Shown piece by piece: positions 1 through 12,014 of a DNA stretch of 64,000 bases. Numbering within the stretch: position 1 is the first letter of the stretch; the number at the start of each line of letters is the position of its first letter. The notes under the pieces were generated by a model. That model was not told the DNA's origin. It did no database searches and saw only the letters and a program-made list of their open reading frames with translations. The translations under genes were made by a program, and so were the position numbers. The stretch comes from the human T2T-CHM13v2.0 reference genome, Homo sapiens: the NCBI RefSeq assembly GCF_009914755.1, contig NC_060925.1, one strand, 5' to 3'.

Positions 1-125
1 TCCTTGCCTTCTACCATGATTGTGAGGCCTCCCCAGCCATGTGGTACTGTATAAGTCCATTAAACCTCTTTTTCTTCTCAGTCTTGGATATGTCTTTATC
101 AGAAGCATGAAAATGAACTGATATA
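1..125 (+). mobile_element. 3' part of the 5' LTR of a THE1 (MaLR) provirus, cut by the window edge
   Basis: Closely similar to 1921-2047; ends ...GAACTGATATA, followed by the GTAAATTGGTACC start of THE1-int. Confidence 0.95.
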
Positions 126-1693
126 GTAAATTGGTACCAGGAGTGGAGTGCTGATGGAAAGATACCTGAAAATGTGAAAGCAACTTTGGAACTGGGTAAC
201 ATGCAGTAGTTTAAGCAGTTTGAAGGGCTCAGAAGAAGACAGAAAAATGTGGGAAAGTTTGGAACTCCCTAGAGACTTGTTGAATCTCTTTGACCAAAAT
301 GCTGATGATGATATGGGCAATGAAATCCAGGCTGAGGTGGTCTCAGATGGAGATAAGAAACTTGTTAGGAACTGGAGCAAAGGTGACTCTTGTTACATTT
401 TAGCAAAGAGGCTTGTGGCATTTTGCCCCTTCCTTAGAGATTTGTGGAACTTTGAACTTGAGAGAGATGATTTAGGGTACCTGGCAGAAGAAATTTCTAA
501 TAAGCAAAGCATTCAAGAGGTGACTTGGGTGCTGTTAAAGGCATTCAGTTTTAAGAGAGAAACAGAGCATAAAGTTTTAGAAAATTTGCAGCCTGACAAT
601 GCAATAAAAAAGAAAATCCCATTTTCTGAAGAGAAATCCAAGCCAGCTGCAGAAATTTTCACAAGTAACAAGGAGGTGAATGTTAATCCCGAAGATAATA
701 GGGAAATTTTCTCCAGGGCATGTCAGAGGTCTTCATGGCAGCGCCTCCCATCACAGACCTGGAGGCCTAGGAGGAAAAAGTGGTTTTGTGGGCTATGACC
801 CTGGTCCCTGTTCTGTGTGCAACCTAGGGACTTGGCACCCTCTGTCCCAGCCACTCTGGCCATGACCAAAAGGGGCCAAAATAGAGATTGGGCCATGGCT
901 TCAGAGGGTGCAAGCCTCAAGCCTTGGCAGCTTCCATGTGATGTTGAGCCTTGCAGTGCACAGAAGACAAGAATTGGGGTTTGGGAACCTCCAGCTAGAT
1001 TTCAGAGAATGTATGAAAATGCCTGGATGTCTAGGCAGAAGTTTTCTGCAGAGGTGGGGCTCTCATGGAGAACTTCTGTTAGGGCAGTGAAGAAGGGAAA
1101 TATGGGGTCAGAGCCCCCACACAGAGTCCCGACTGGGGCACTGTCTAGTGGAATTGTGAGAAGAGGGCCACTGTCCTCCAGATCCCAGAATGACAGATTC
1201 ACTGACAGCTTGCACCATGCATCTGGAAAAGCTGCAGACATTCAATGCCAGCCCATGAAAGGAGCCAAAAGGGAGGCTGTACCCTGCAAAGCCACAGGGG
1301 CAGAGCTTCCCAAGACCTTGGGAACCCACCTCTGGCATCAGTGCGACCTAGCTGTGAGACATGGAGTTGAAGGAGATCATTTTGGAACTTTAAGATTTGG
1401 CTGTCCTGCTAGATTTTGGACTTGCATGGGACCTGTAGTAGGACAGTTTCTCCCATTTGGAACAGCTGTATTTACCCAATGCTTTTATCCCCATTCTAGC
1501 TAGGAAGTAACTAACTTGCTTTTGATTTTACAGGCTCATAGGCAGAAAGGACCTGCCTTGTCTTGTATAAGATTTTGGAATGTGGACTTATGAGTTAATG
1601 CTGAAATGAATTGAGACTTTAGGGGACTGTTGGGAAGGCATGATTGGTTTTCAAATGTGAGGACATGAGATTTAGGAGGGGCCAGGGTAGGAA
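126..1693 (+). mobile_element. THE1 internal region (THE1A/B-int like)
   Basis: Translates to typical MaLR ORF peptides (GSEEDRKMWESLELPRDLL, PWQLP, HRVPTGAL); purine-rich PPT AGGAGGGGCCAGGGTAGGAA lies just before the 3' LTR. Confidence 0.95.
172..1503 (+). pseudogene. Disabled MaLR internal ORF of THE1
   Basis: ATG at 172; in-frame TGA at 175-177 and 796-798; track ORFs 220-798 and 817-1503 share one frame. Confidence 0.8.
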
Positions 1694-2047
1694 TGACATG
1701 GTTTGGCTCTGTGTCCCCACCCAAATCTCATCTTGTAACTCCCATAATTCCCACATGTTGTGGGAGGTACCCAGCGGGAGATTGAATCACAAAGTAGGTC
1801 TTTTCTGTGCTGTTCTCATGATAGTGAATGAGTCCGACAAGATCTGCTGGTTTTAAAAAAGAGTCTCCCTGCATAAGCTTTTTCTGCCTGCCACCATCTA
1901 TGTAAGACACGACTTGCTCCTCCTTGCCTTCCACCATGATTGTGAGGCCTCCCCAGCCATGTGGAACTGTAAGTCCATTAAACCTCTTTTACTTCCCAGT
2001 CTTGGGTATGTCTTTATTAGCAGAAAAAAAAAAAGCAGACTAATACA
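1694..2047 (+). mobile_element. THE1 3' LTR (THE1A-like)
   Basis: TGACATGGTTTGGCTCTGTGTCCCCACCCAAATCTC...GACTAATACA, about 354 bp with TG/CA termini. Confidence 0.95.
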
Positions 2048-4175
2048 GCCATCTATGACAAACAAATGGGTAATATCATACTGAATGAGGAAAAGTTGAA
2101 AGCATTCTCCCTAAGAACTGAAACAAGACGAGGATGCCCACTTTCCTCTCTTCTATTCAACATAATACTGGAAGTCCTCGCCTAGGCAATCAGACAAGTG
2201 AAAGAAACAAAGGGCAATCAACTGGAAAAGAGTAAGTCAAACTGTCAGTGTTTACCAATGACATGATTGTATACCTATAAAACCCTAAATACTCATCCAA
2301 AAGGCTCCTAGATCTGATAAATGAGCCTAGTAAAATCTCAGGTTACAAAATCAATGTACGCAAGTCAGTAGCACTGCTGTACTCCAATAATGACCAAACT
2401 GAGAAAAAAATCAAGAAGTCAATTGCTTTTACAACACCTGCACAAAAAGAAAAAAACAATCTAGGAATACATTTAAACAAGGAGGTGAAAGATCCCTACA
2501 AGGAAAACTACAAAACACACTGAAAGACATTACAGATGACACTAACAAATAAAAACATTTCCCATGCTCATTAATGAGAAGAACCGATATTATGAAAATA
2601 ATGATATTGCCCAAAGCAATCTACAGATTCAATGCAATTCCTATGAAAATATCATCATTATTTTTCACAGAAATAGAAAAAAAAATCTTAAAATTCATAT
2701 GGAACCAAAGAAAGCCCAAATAGCTAAAGCAACACTAACCAAAAAGAACAAATCTGGAGGCATAACATTACCAGACTTCAAATTATACTACAAGGCTATA
2801 TTTACCAAAACAGCATGGTACTGGTATAAAAACAGGCACATAGATCAATGGGAAAGAATAGAGAACACAGAAATAAAGCCAAGTACTTACTGCCAATGGA
2901 TCTTTGACGAAGCATACAAAAATATAAATTGGAGAAAGATCCCTATTTGATAAATCATGCTAGGAAATATGGCAAGCTAATGTAGAAGAATAAAAATGTA
3001 TCCCCAACTCTTGCCTTATACAAAAATCAACTCATGATGGATCAAAGACTTAAATCTAAGACCTGAAACCATAAACATTCTAGAAGATAACATTGGAAAA
3101 TCTCTCCTGGACATTGGCTTAGGCAAAATAATTCATTACTAGGACCCTAAAAGATAATGCAACCAAAGAAAAAATAAATAAATGGGACCTAATTAAACTA
3201 ACAAGCTTCTGCACAGGAAAAGAAAGAATCAGCAGAGTAAACAGACAACCTACAGAGTGGGTGAAAATATTAGCGAACTATGCACTCAATAAAGGACTAG
3301 TATCCAGAATCTACAAGGAACTCAAATCAGCAAGAAAAAATAATATCTCATCAAAAAGTGGGCAACGAACACAAAAAGACATTTCTCAAAAGAAGATACA
3401 CCAACAGCCAGCAAACATGAAAAAAGTGCTCAATATCACCAATCATCAGGGACATTCAAATTAAAACCACTATGAGATACCACCTCACGCTTCCAAGAAT
3501 GGCCATTAATTAAAAAGTCAAAAAACAATAGATGTTGTGGATGTGGTGAAAAGGGAACAGTTTTACACTGTTTGCAGGAATGTAAACTAGTACAACAACT
3601 ATGGAAAATAATATGGAGATTCCTTAAAGAATTTAAACTAGATCTACCATTTGATCCAGTAATCCTACTGTTAGGTATCTACCCAAAGGAAAAGAAGTGT
3701 TCATATGAAAAAGACCCAGGCACATAGATGCTTATAGCAGCACAATTCACAATTGCAAAGACATGGAACAAACCTAAGTGCCCATTAACCAATGAGTGGA
3801 AAACCAAAACGTGGTATATATACACCACGGAATACTACTCGGCCATTGAAATGAATGAAATAATGTCTTTTGCAGCAACTTGGATGGAGCTGGAGGTCAT
3901 TATTCCAAGTAACTCAGGAATGGAAAACCAAATACCATAAATTCTCATTTATAGGAGGGAGCTAAGCTATGAGAATGCAAAGACATACAGAGTGATGTAA
4001 TGAACTTTGTGGACTCAGATAGGGTATGTTGGGAGGGGGTTAGGGATAAAGTACTACATATTGGGTATAGTATACTGCTCGAGTGACAGGTGCACTAAGA
4101 ATCTCAGGAATTACCACTGAAGAATTTATTCAAATAACCAAACCCCCAGAATAATTGAAATAAAATAATAATATT
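2048..4175 (+). mobile_element. L1PB-like LINE-1, ORF2 RT/C-terminal part plus 3' UTR; host of the THE1
   Basis: Degenerate ORF2 motifs (AIYDK...[38 protein letters not shown]); L1PB-type 3' UTR ending in an A-rich tail. Confidence 0.9.
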
Positions 4176-4179
4176 AATT

Positions 4180-4880
4180 AATAAAAAGAAAATGTGTCAT
4201 ATGTACATAATGGAATACTGTTTAGTAATTGAAAAGATAAAGATAAAATCATGTCATTTGCAGCAGCATGAATGGAACTGGAAATAATTATTTTTTTCTT
4301 TCTTTCTTTTTTAATTTTCCATAGACAGAGTCTCACTCTGTCAAACCAACTGTAGTGTAGTGACACAATCGTTGCACTTCGGTGAGCTAATTTTTTTAAT
4401 TTTTGTAGAGATGAGGGTTTCACTATGTTGCCCACGCTGGATAAACTATTATCTAAAGTGAAATAAGCCAGGCACAAAAATGCAAACAATATATGTTCAC
4501 ATTCATATGTGGGAGCTAAAATAATTGATCTCATGGAGGTAGAGAGTAGAGTGCTGTTTACCAAAAGTTGCAAAGGGTGAGTGTGGGTGAGGTAGGGTGA
4601 GAGAGGCTGGTTAATGGGTACAAACGTACAGTTAGATAAAAGGAATAAGATCTACAAGTCTGATAGTAGAGTAGGGTGACTATAGTTAACAATAATGTAT
4701 TTCATATTTCAAAGGAGCTAGAAGAAAAGTCTTGAAATGTTCCCAATACACAGAAATGATAAGTACATGAGGCGATGGATATTCTAAATTTCTTGACTTG
4801 ATCATTACACATCCTATGCATATAAAAAATATTTCATGTACCCCATAAACATGTAAAACTATTACGTATCAATAAAGAAA
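4180..4880 (+). mobile_element. L1MA-type 3' end, interrupted by an Alu remnant
   Basis: ATCATGTCATTTGCAGCAGCATGAATGGAACTGG, AGTGAAATAAGCCAGGCACA and an L1MA 3' UTR ending TCAATAAAGAAA. Confidence 0.85.
4290..4440 (-). mobile_element. Internally deleted, truncated AluJ-like element
   Basis: T-tail, AGACAGAGTCTCACTCTGTC, then a jump to GCTAATTTTT..TTTGTAGAGATGAGGGTTTCACTATGTTGCCCA. Confidence 0.75.
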
Positions 4881-5062
4881 TGCAAGGTACTATGTATTTA
4901 ACAGGAAAAGCCAAGAAACAGAAAATGTCCCCTGAAAATTAAAAACAAGGATCAGTGAAATTATATACTATTACTCGTAATAATAATGGCAATGGAAAGT
5001 TTGGAAGATTTATGGAATTTCTTGAAAAGAAGTATAAAACTGTTTTTACAATGTTAAAAGCA

Positions 5063-5396
<334 letters not shown>

Positions 5397-5539
5397 TTAG
5401 AAGTTTCATCAAGAGTTTCCCCATCCCACTAATAGAATAAAGAAAAATAATCACATAACAGAATTTCACAACACTGAGGCATGTATCCGAATTGAAAGTC
5501 CAACAATTACTGATTTCAGAACTCCTGTGAAAGACAGGC

Positions 5540-5790
5540 AGATGGTATAGTGACTATGCATACGTAATCTAATGCCAGATTGCCTGGATTCAGTGCTCAT
5601 CTTTACCACTTGTCAGTTGCAGGAATTTGGACCATTCACTGGACATGTTGGTTTTCTATCTCCTATCTGTAAAATGGGTGTGATATTGATACTATCTCTA
5701 TTCTAAGGCTATTCTGAAGATTAAATTATTTAAATGCACACAAAGCTCTTGCAGTAGTATCTTAGGGAAAGAAATCAAGAATTTATCACT
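5540..5790 (+). mobile_element. MIR
   Basis: Core CTCCTATCTGTAAAATGGG and GAAGATTAAA. Confidence 0.7.
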
Positions 5791-5869
5791 ATTATGATTA
5801 TCATAAAAGCTTTGGCGGTAGTGCGGGGAAAGGTTATACGTAAAATTTTGGGAATTAGAATGATGTCAG

Positions 5870-6800
5870 GTATTATCTACATCACAAGACGTTAGAGGAA
5901 AAAAATAAACAAATGTCTGCATAAGTGTAAGAGGAAAATGTTTTTAACTTTATCCAGAAGCCTTTATTCAGCCAAGCTAACCCTTATGCGTGAGGGACAA
6001 CAAGAATATTTTTAGGACTTCAGAATTGTCACATTGTTGTTGTTGTTGTTGTTGTTTTGCTGTTTTTTTTTTTTTTTTTTTTTAACCACCCATGCATTCT
6101 TTTTCAAGAAACTCCTGGAGGACATGCTCCTTGAAAATAAGAAAGTAAATGAAAAAAGAAGATATTGGGAGAGCAGAATCAAGAGCTCCAACAAAAGTGA
6201 GTAATAAAAGATAACCCAGGAGAATAGCTATGCCAGCAGCCTACAGAAAACAGTGTAAATTGATGAGTGGGTCAGAGGTTTACAGGAAAGAAACTGTTAG
6301 AAAAAGAAATAGAACCAATAAATTATTTCATGTATTGGAAAATATCATTGAGAAGAGTTTAATCCATGATCCTGAGCATTATGAAAAATTTACTGTAAGT
6401 AAAAACTAAGTGAACTTTTAAAAAATGCATAATTACTGCAAGAAAACAATAATATATATAAGGAAAAAATCATATTGTATTATATGACTCAGCAGTGAAC
6501 CACATTTAAAAAATCATGATAAGTATGTATTTAATAAAATCTATGTTATAACTCTTCCTAGGAGGGAAAAAGGTGGTGAAAGAAATTCTTATCTCCTGTA
6601 ATAGTTTATTGTTGGCTAACATCAGGTGCTTAGGAACTAAGAAAGCAGTACAAGTTTAGTATTTAGAAATAGGGTGGTAAATAACAGAAGAAAACATTAA
6701 ACAATTTGAAATGGCTCACTGAGGAGCGTGACAGGGTCAGGGAGAATGAAACTGTGTTCTCAGGATTTTGTAGTAGGACTTGAAATTTTAAATGGTGCGC
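5870..6800 (+). mobile_element. HAL1 or old L1 ORF1-like fragment
   Basis: CAGCCAAGCTA...TGAGGG...ACCCATGCATTCTTTTTCAAGAAACTCCTGGAGGACATGCTCC resembles the HAL1 ORF end. Confidence 0.6.
6034..6083. repeat. (TTG)n plus poly(T) tract
   Basis: Read directly. Confidence 0.95.
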
Positions 6801-8667
6801 CTAAATGGATACAATTGTACATTCATTTTTAAATAGCATTTCTTTAAAAACTTCCCACACTCTAATGTAAGGCTCCTTCAACCCTAGAACTCCTGCACCT
6901 CAGCTAAAATTCCATATGTTAGTTTTACCAACTCTTTCCCTAACCAGTTTTTAGGCTTCATATTCTCTTATAAATTTATTTTTATCTCGTTTCAGGACCT
7001 GCCAAAGAACTTCTGGGTTATAATAGCAAGTCTTTCCCATTAAAGCTACTGGCAGAGATGCCCAAAATATTCCTGATTGATTGAAGCCTCATTTGCTAGT
7101 TCCTCACTTTCGGGAACACTAAATTCCTTTGCAAATTAAAAACAAACACAGCTGAACTATTTTATGTTTAATTTAGCCTAGTCCAGATTAACGGAAATTC
7201 AGGCAGCTTGGAAACCTTGGGAACTTTTCTGGGATAATGGTAAAAGCTATACATATTGGCACCAAAGCCTCTTCTTTAAATTCTTTCCAATGCAACATTT
7301 TAAATTCCAAAACTCCAGGTTTTTAGAGTATGTTTCTATGTTTCATGTTTGTAGGGGGCATTGAGAGAGTAGACATAAAGAGTGATAATAAAATGGTTAT
7401 TTTGAAAAAGAAAACGCCTCTAAAAAATACATCAGATTTATCAAACTTGCTTTACAAGTTTTTTTCCACAAATTAACTTTGTCACAAAATATACGTAATT
7501 GTTAACATAAGGGTCAGGAGAAAGTATTTGAAGCAGCTGAAATGACATTACCTGCTTATTTCCCCCTTACCATATTAAACACACATAAACGCTTTCCTTT
7601 GATTTCAAAACCACAGCTGGGATGTGCAGCTTATTTCTTGGAACTGGCAATGTTTAAGACTTTAGCTGTCTAATGTAATCTACCCCATGCCTTTGCACAA
7701 GAAGGAAAACAAATAAAAACAGAAACAAAAACCCTAACCCTACTTTGTCATGCTTATACAACATGGTCTGGGGAGCTATTACAGTCTCAAACAGTGCATG
7801 CCCGTGTCACAGAATGCCTTTATAATATTTTTTTGTCCTGACTTTTGGAGCTTTTTTTTTAAATATATATATTAACTCTCTTTGCTACAGCTATTAGGCT
7901 CTCCTACTACAATTTATTCCCAGAACACTGCCCAGTGGAAGAATAGCCAAAGTATCTTCTAAATTATAGGATTCTAGTTTCTCCATTATTCCAGGATGTT
8001 TGTATATCGCCATTTGCCCAAGAGAGCTCCTATTCATATGTTTTCCAGCAAAATTTAAAATAGCAATTAATTTCATTAAGAAAATTGCCTGATTCAGATT
8101 CTAGAAGATGTTGCATATCTAAGGAGGTGGTGGATTCAAGTCAGGTCCTTAGTTTTTAAGGGGTGAAATATGTAAAGAACTTAGGGCCCAGCAAAAGAAA
8201 CAGTCTAAAGTTTGGAAAGATAAGAAACAATCACCTGAAGTTAAGTAAATGCAGATTAAAAATATGAGTTTAGAGAATTTTTTTAAACAAGTGTACCAAT
8301 AAGAAACACACTAATTAATTGGTTACTGACATCTGACTTAGACAAAGCTGTTTGCACCCTGGTTTGAGATTCATAGCTTCCAGTTGGGGACATCTTCCAA
8401 TTGAGGACAACAGATATACTGTAACTCCTACGTTTTGACTAAACAGAGGCAGGAATTTAACTTCACAAGTTATCTTGTTAAGAATCACATTAAGAGCTGA
8501 CAAACTATAACCATACAGAACTTGAGTTGAGCAGCAATTTGATGTCATATTGGCATCTTATTCTACATTCAGCAGCTATGAAATCTGACATAGGAGTACA
8601 GAGGAGAGTGAGTCACTCGTGCTAGATTAGAGTCTGGTGGTAAAGGAGAGCTTTCTGAAGAAAGATT

Positions 8668-9895
8668 TTTTCTCAATTGAATGAGGTGAAATACATATAA
8701 TAAAAAATTTACCATATTAACTCTTCTGACCCTCACTGAGGGTTTAGGTCAATGGTGTAAATTATATTCATAATACTATACAAACATCACTATTATCCAT
8801 CCTTAGAAATCTTTCACTCTTGCAAAACTGAAACTCTGTATGCATTAAGCCATAATTCCCTATTATTCCCTCCCACAAGCCCCAGGAACTACTATTCTAC
8901 TGTCTGCTCCTATAGTTTTGATTACTCTAAGTATGTGGCTTATTTCACTTAGCATAGTCGTCAAGTTTCATTCAACTTACGGTATATGCCGGAATGTCCT
9001 TTCCTTTAAAGGCTGAGAAATAGTCCATTGTGTGTATATACCACATTTTGCTTAGCCATTCTTCTGGTCACTGAACTCTTGAGCTGCTTCTAGGTTTCAG
9101 CTATTGTGCTATGAATATGGGTGTACAAATATCTTTTGAGATCCTGCTCTCAAATCTTTTGTGTACATACCCAGAAGTGAAATTGCTGGATCACATGGTA
9201 ATTCTATTTTTAATTTTTGAAAAACCTTCATAAGGTTTTCTACAGTAGCTGTACCACTTTACATTCCCATCAACAGTGCAAAAAAAAAAAAATTACACAT
9301 CCTCACAAACATTTATTTTCTGATTTTTTAAGAGTAGATATCCTAGTGTGTGTGAGGTGATATCTATAGTGTTGATTTGCATTTCCCTAATAAGTTAGTG
9401 ATGTTGAATATCTTTCTATGTGCTTATCGTCCAATTATATATCTTCCTTAAAGTAATGTTTATTCAAGTCTTTTGACCATTTTTGAATCACATTTTTTGT
9501 TATTGAATGTTAGTAGTCCTCTAAATATTATAGATATTAATCCCTTTTCAGATATATAATTTTCAAATATTTTTTTCCAATCCCACAATTGTCTTTTTAT
9601 TGATGTTTATTGTCTTTTGATGCATAATTTAAAAATTTTTTCTTGAAGTGCAAATTTGTCTTTGTTTGCTTCCTGCGTCTTCTGTGTCATAATCAAGAAA
9701 TTATTGCTAAATCAAATGTCATGAAGATTTGCCCTACATTTTCCTCTATGAGTTCGATAGTTTTAGGTTTTACAGTTAGGTATTTGATCCACCGTGAGTT
9801 AATTTTTATGTATCTGTTAAGTAAGGATTCAAATGTATTATTTTGCATGCAGATATCTAGTTTTCACAGTAATATTTGTTGAAAAAATTATCCTA
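8668..9895 (-). mobile_element. L1MA9/L1MB-like 3' portion
   Basis: Antisense L1 motifs GGCTTATTTCACTTAGCATA, ATTGCTGGATCACATGGTAATTCTA, GATTTGCATTTCCCTAA. Confidence 0.85.
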
Positions 9896-11360
9896 TTGGG
9901 ATGACTATAATTTTATTAAAGATCTCTTATATGTAAGAAGTTTTTCTCTTGCTGTTTTCAACATTCTCTCTTTTAAAAGTTTGATTATATCGTGTCTCAG
10001 TGTGGATCTATTTGAGTTCTTCTAACTTGGATTTTGTTGAGCATGTTGGATATTTGTATTCTTGCCTTTCTTCAAATGTGGGAAGTTTTCAGCAATTATC
10101 TCTTCAAATATTCTCTGTTCTCCTTTCTCTCTCCATTTATCTTCTGAGACTCCCACAGTACATACATTGGTCTGCTTGATGGTGTCTCACAGTTCTGAGT
10201 CTCTATTTGATTTTTTCAATCATTTTTTTTCATTTGGAAGACTCAATAATTTCCATTGTCCTATCTTTAAGTCTGCTGATTTTTTTCTTTTGCCTGCTCA
10301 AATCTGCCTTTGAACTCATCTAGTGATTTGATTTTTTTTAATTTTAAGTCATTGTATATTTCAGCTCCAGAAATTCTTTTTGGTTTCTTTTTAGTTATTT
10401 CCCTTATTGATATTGCCATTTTGTTCATCCATCATTTTCTTGATTTTCACCACATATTTCTTTCATTTTTTAAGCCTCTTTAAGACAGTTGTTTTAAAGT
10501 CTTCGTCTAGTAGATCAGCCATTACATCTCTTTCAGGAACAATTTCTGTTGATTTTTTCCTTCAAACGGGCCATTGTCTCCTGTTTCTTTTTATACATTG
10601 TGATTTTTTTTTGAAACCTGGACGTTTCAATCAAATGTGGTAACTGGAAAGCAGATCCTCCACCTTCCCAAGGATTTGTTGAGTTTTGTAATTTTTTTCA
10701 ATGTTGTATGTTGTCTTTATGTTAAGGTTCAGCCTGCAGTACGAACATAAGTTCTTCTCAGGTTTTTGAGCCTCTCCCTGGGCATGTGTGGTCATGTTCT
10801 AATTTTCTCTGTGTATGGAGTTGTTTTTAAATGTTCTAGTCTTTGTAAGTCTGGCTCTGAAAGGTGGGAGAAATGAAGTGGGGAGGACAATGCTGGCCCT
10901 AAATCCTCTGGAGATCCTTTCAACTGCAGGGGATAAGGGGTGGCTCACAAAAATGACAGGAAGTACAACATCAATGGCAGTCTGCCTCTTTGTGCATTTC
11001 GGTGATTAGAAGTAGCAATCAGCAATCAGAATACTGATCTCCAGTAATTGGAGGACAAGATCCTTTTTGGTCATCCTGGTTCCCAAGGGCTGTGTATAAG
11101 CTGATTTAGGAAGAAATTCACAGCTGCCCACCACAGGGCTGGGGTGGAAGACAGGTAATATCTACTGGACTAAGATCTTAAGTTGGCTTAAATTTACCAC
11201 AATTTACTTTCCAAGCCTTTTCCTCAAAGTTGCAACCCTTCAATAGGATCCAGAATTCTCAAATAATTACATCAGACAGATTCTGCCAGTGCATTTTTGT
11301 CTAGGTAGAAAGACAGTTTCCTGGTGTTTTTTATTCTGCCATCTGCCCAGACTTCTCTCC
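9896..11360 (-). mobile_element. Old L1M ORF1/5' UTR portion
   Basis: Antisense ORF1 motifs TTCTCTCTT..AGTTTGATTATA, GGGAAGTTTTCAGCAATTAT, TTTCAGCTCCAGAAATTC; ends CTGCCATC. Confidence 0.7.
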
Positions 11361-11554
11361 CAGAAGTCACATCCTATTTAGATATTTAAAGATGAATAGA
11401 CAATTGTTGTGTCTGGGAGGGCAAGAAATCAAGGCCATTTGAAACCTATCTTAGTTGAGGACTAGGAAGTATGGTACATGCACAATAAATATTATGATCT
11501 TAATTGCACATACAAGATTTTTTTTATTCTAAACACTATTGCCCTGCACTTCCG

Positions 11555-12014
11555 TGGCAAAAGTTTCAGGTTATCTTTAACATCTATATTCCTCTTGTTA
11601 CTTAAGTAAAACATAATTATCTAGTCACATGACTTTCTAACTTTATTCTCCAGCTGTCTTTATTATTTGTTGTGACCACACAACTGGGTAACATAAGTGG
11701 AAAGATTAAGTTGTTAAGTGGTTGTTCTATGAAATACTTACTTTATAAGGTAAGAAAAAGGCACATTCTTTTCTCCTCCACTTCTGTTTCTTCATCCAAC
11801 CTGGAATGTAGTTGAGAGATTGGAGTTCAACAGGCCATTTGAACCCAAGAATAGAGGTCACATACAGAGACTGTGGAATAATGAGCTGAAAGTTTCCTGG
11901 ATTCATGAATCTTTTGTGGAATTATTCCACCGGTTCTGGATTCCCTATCTTTGGGATTATTGAAAATTAAAGGAAGTCACTGTCACATTAGCTAAATCTA
12001 ATCTTAATGGATAC
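11555..12014 (+). mobile_element. MLT1 (J/K-like) solo LTR
   Basis: CCTGGAATGTAG..GGCCATTTGAACCCAAG and terminal CTAAATCTAATCTTAATGGATACA. Confidence 0.6.

Noticed and set aside
2564-3940. ORFs of 67-128 aa with reverse-transcriptase-related sequence
   Set aside because: Frameshifted fragments of L1PB ORF2, not a host gene.
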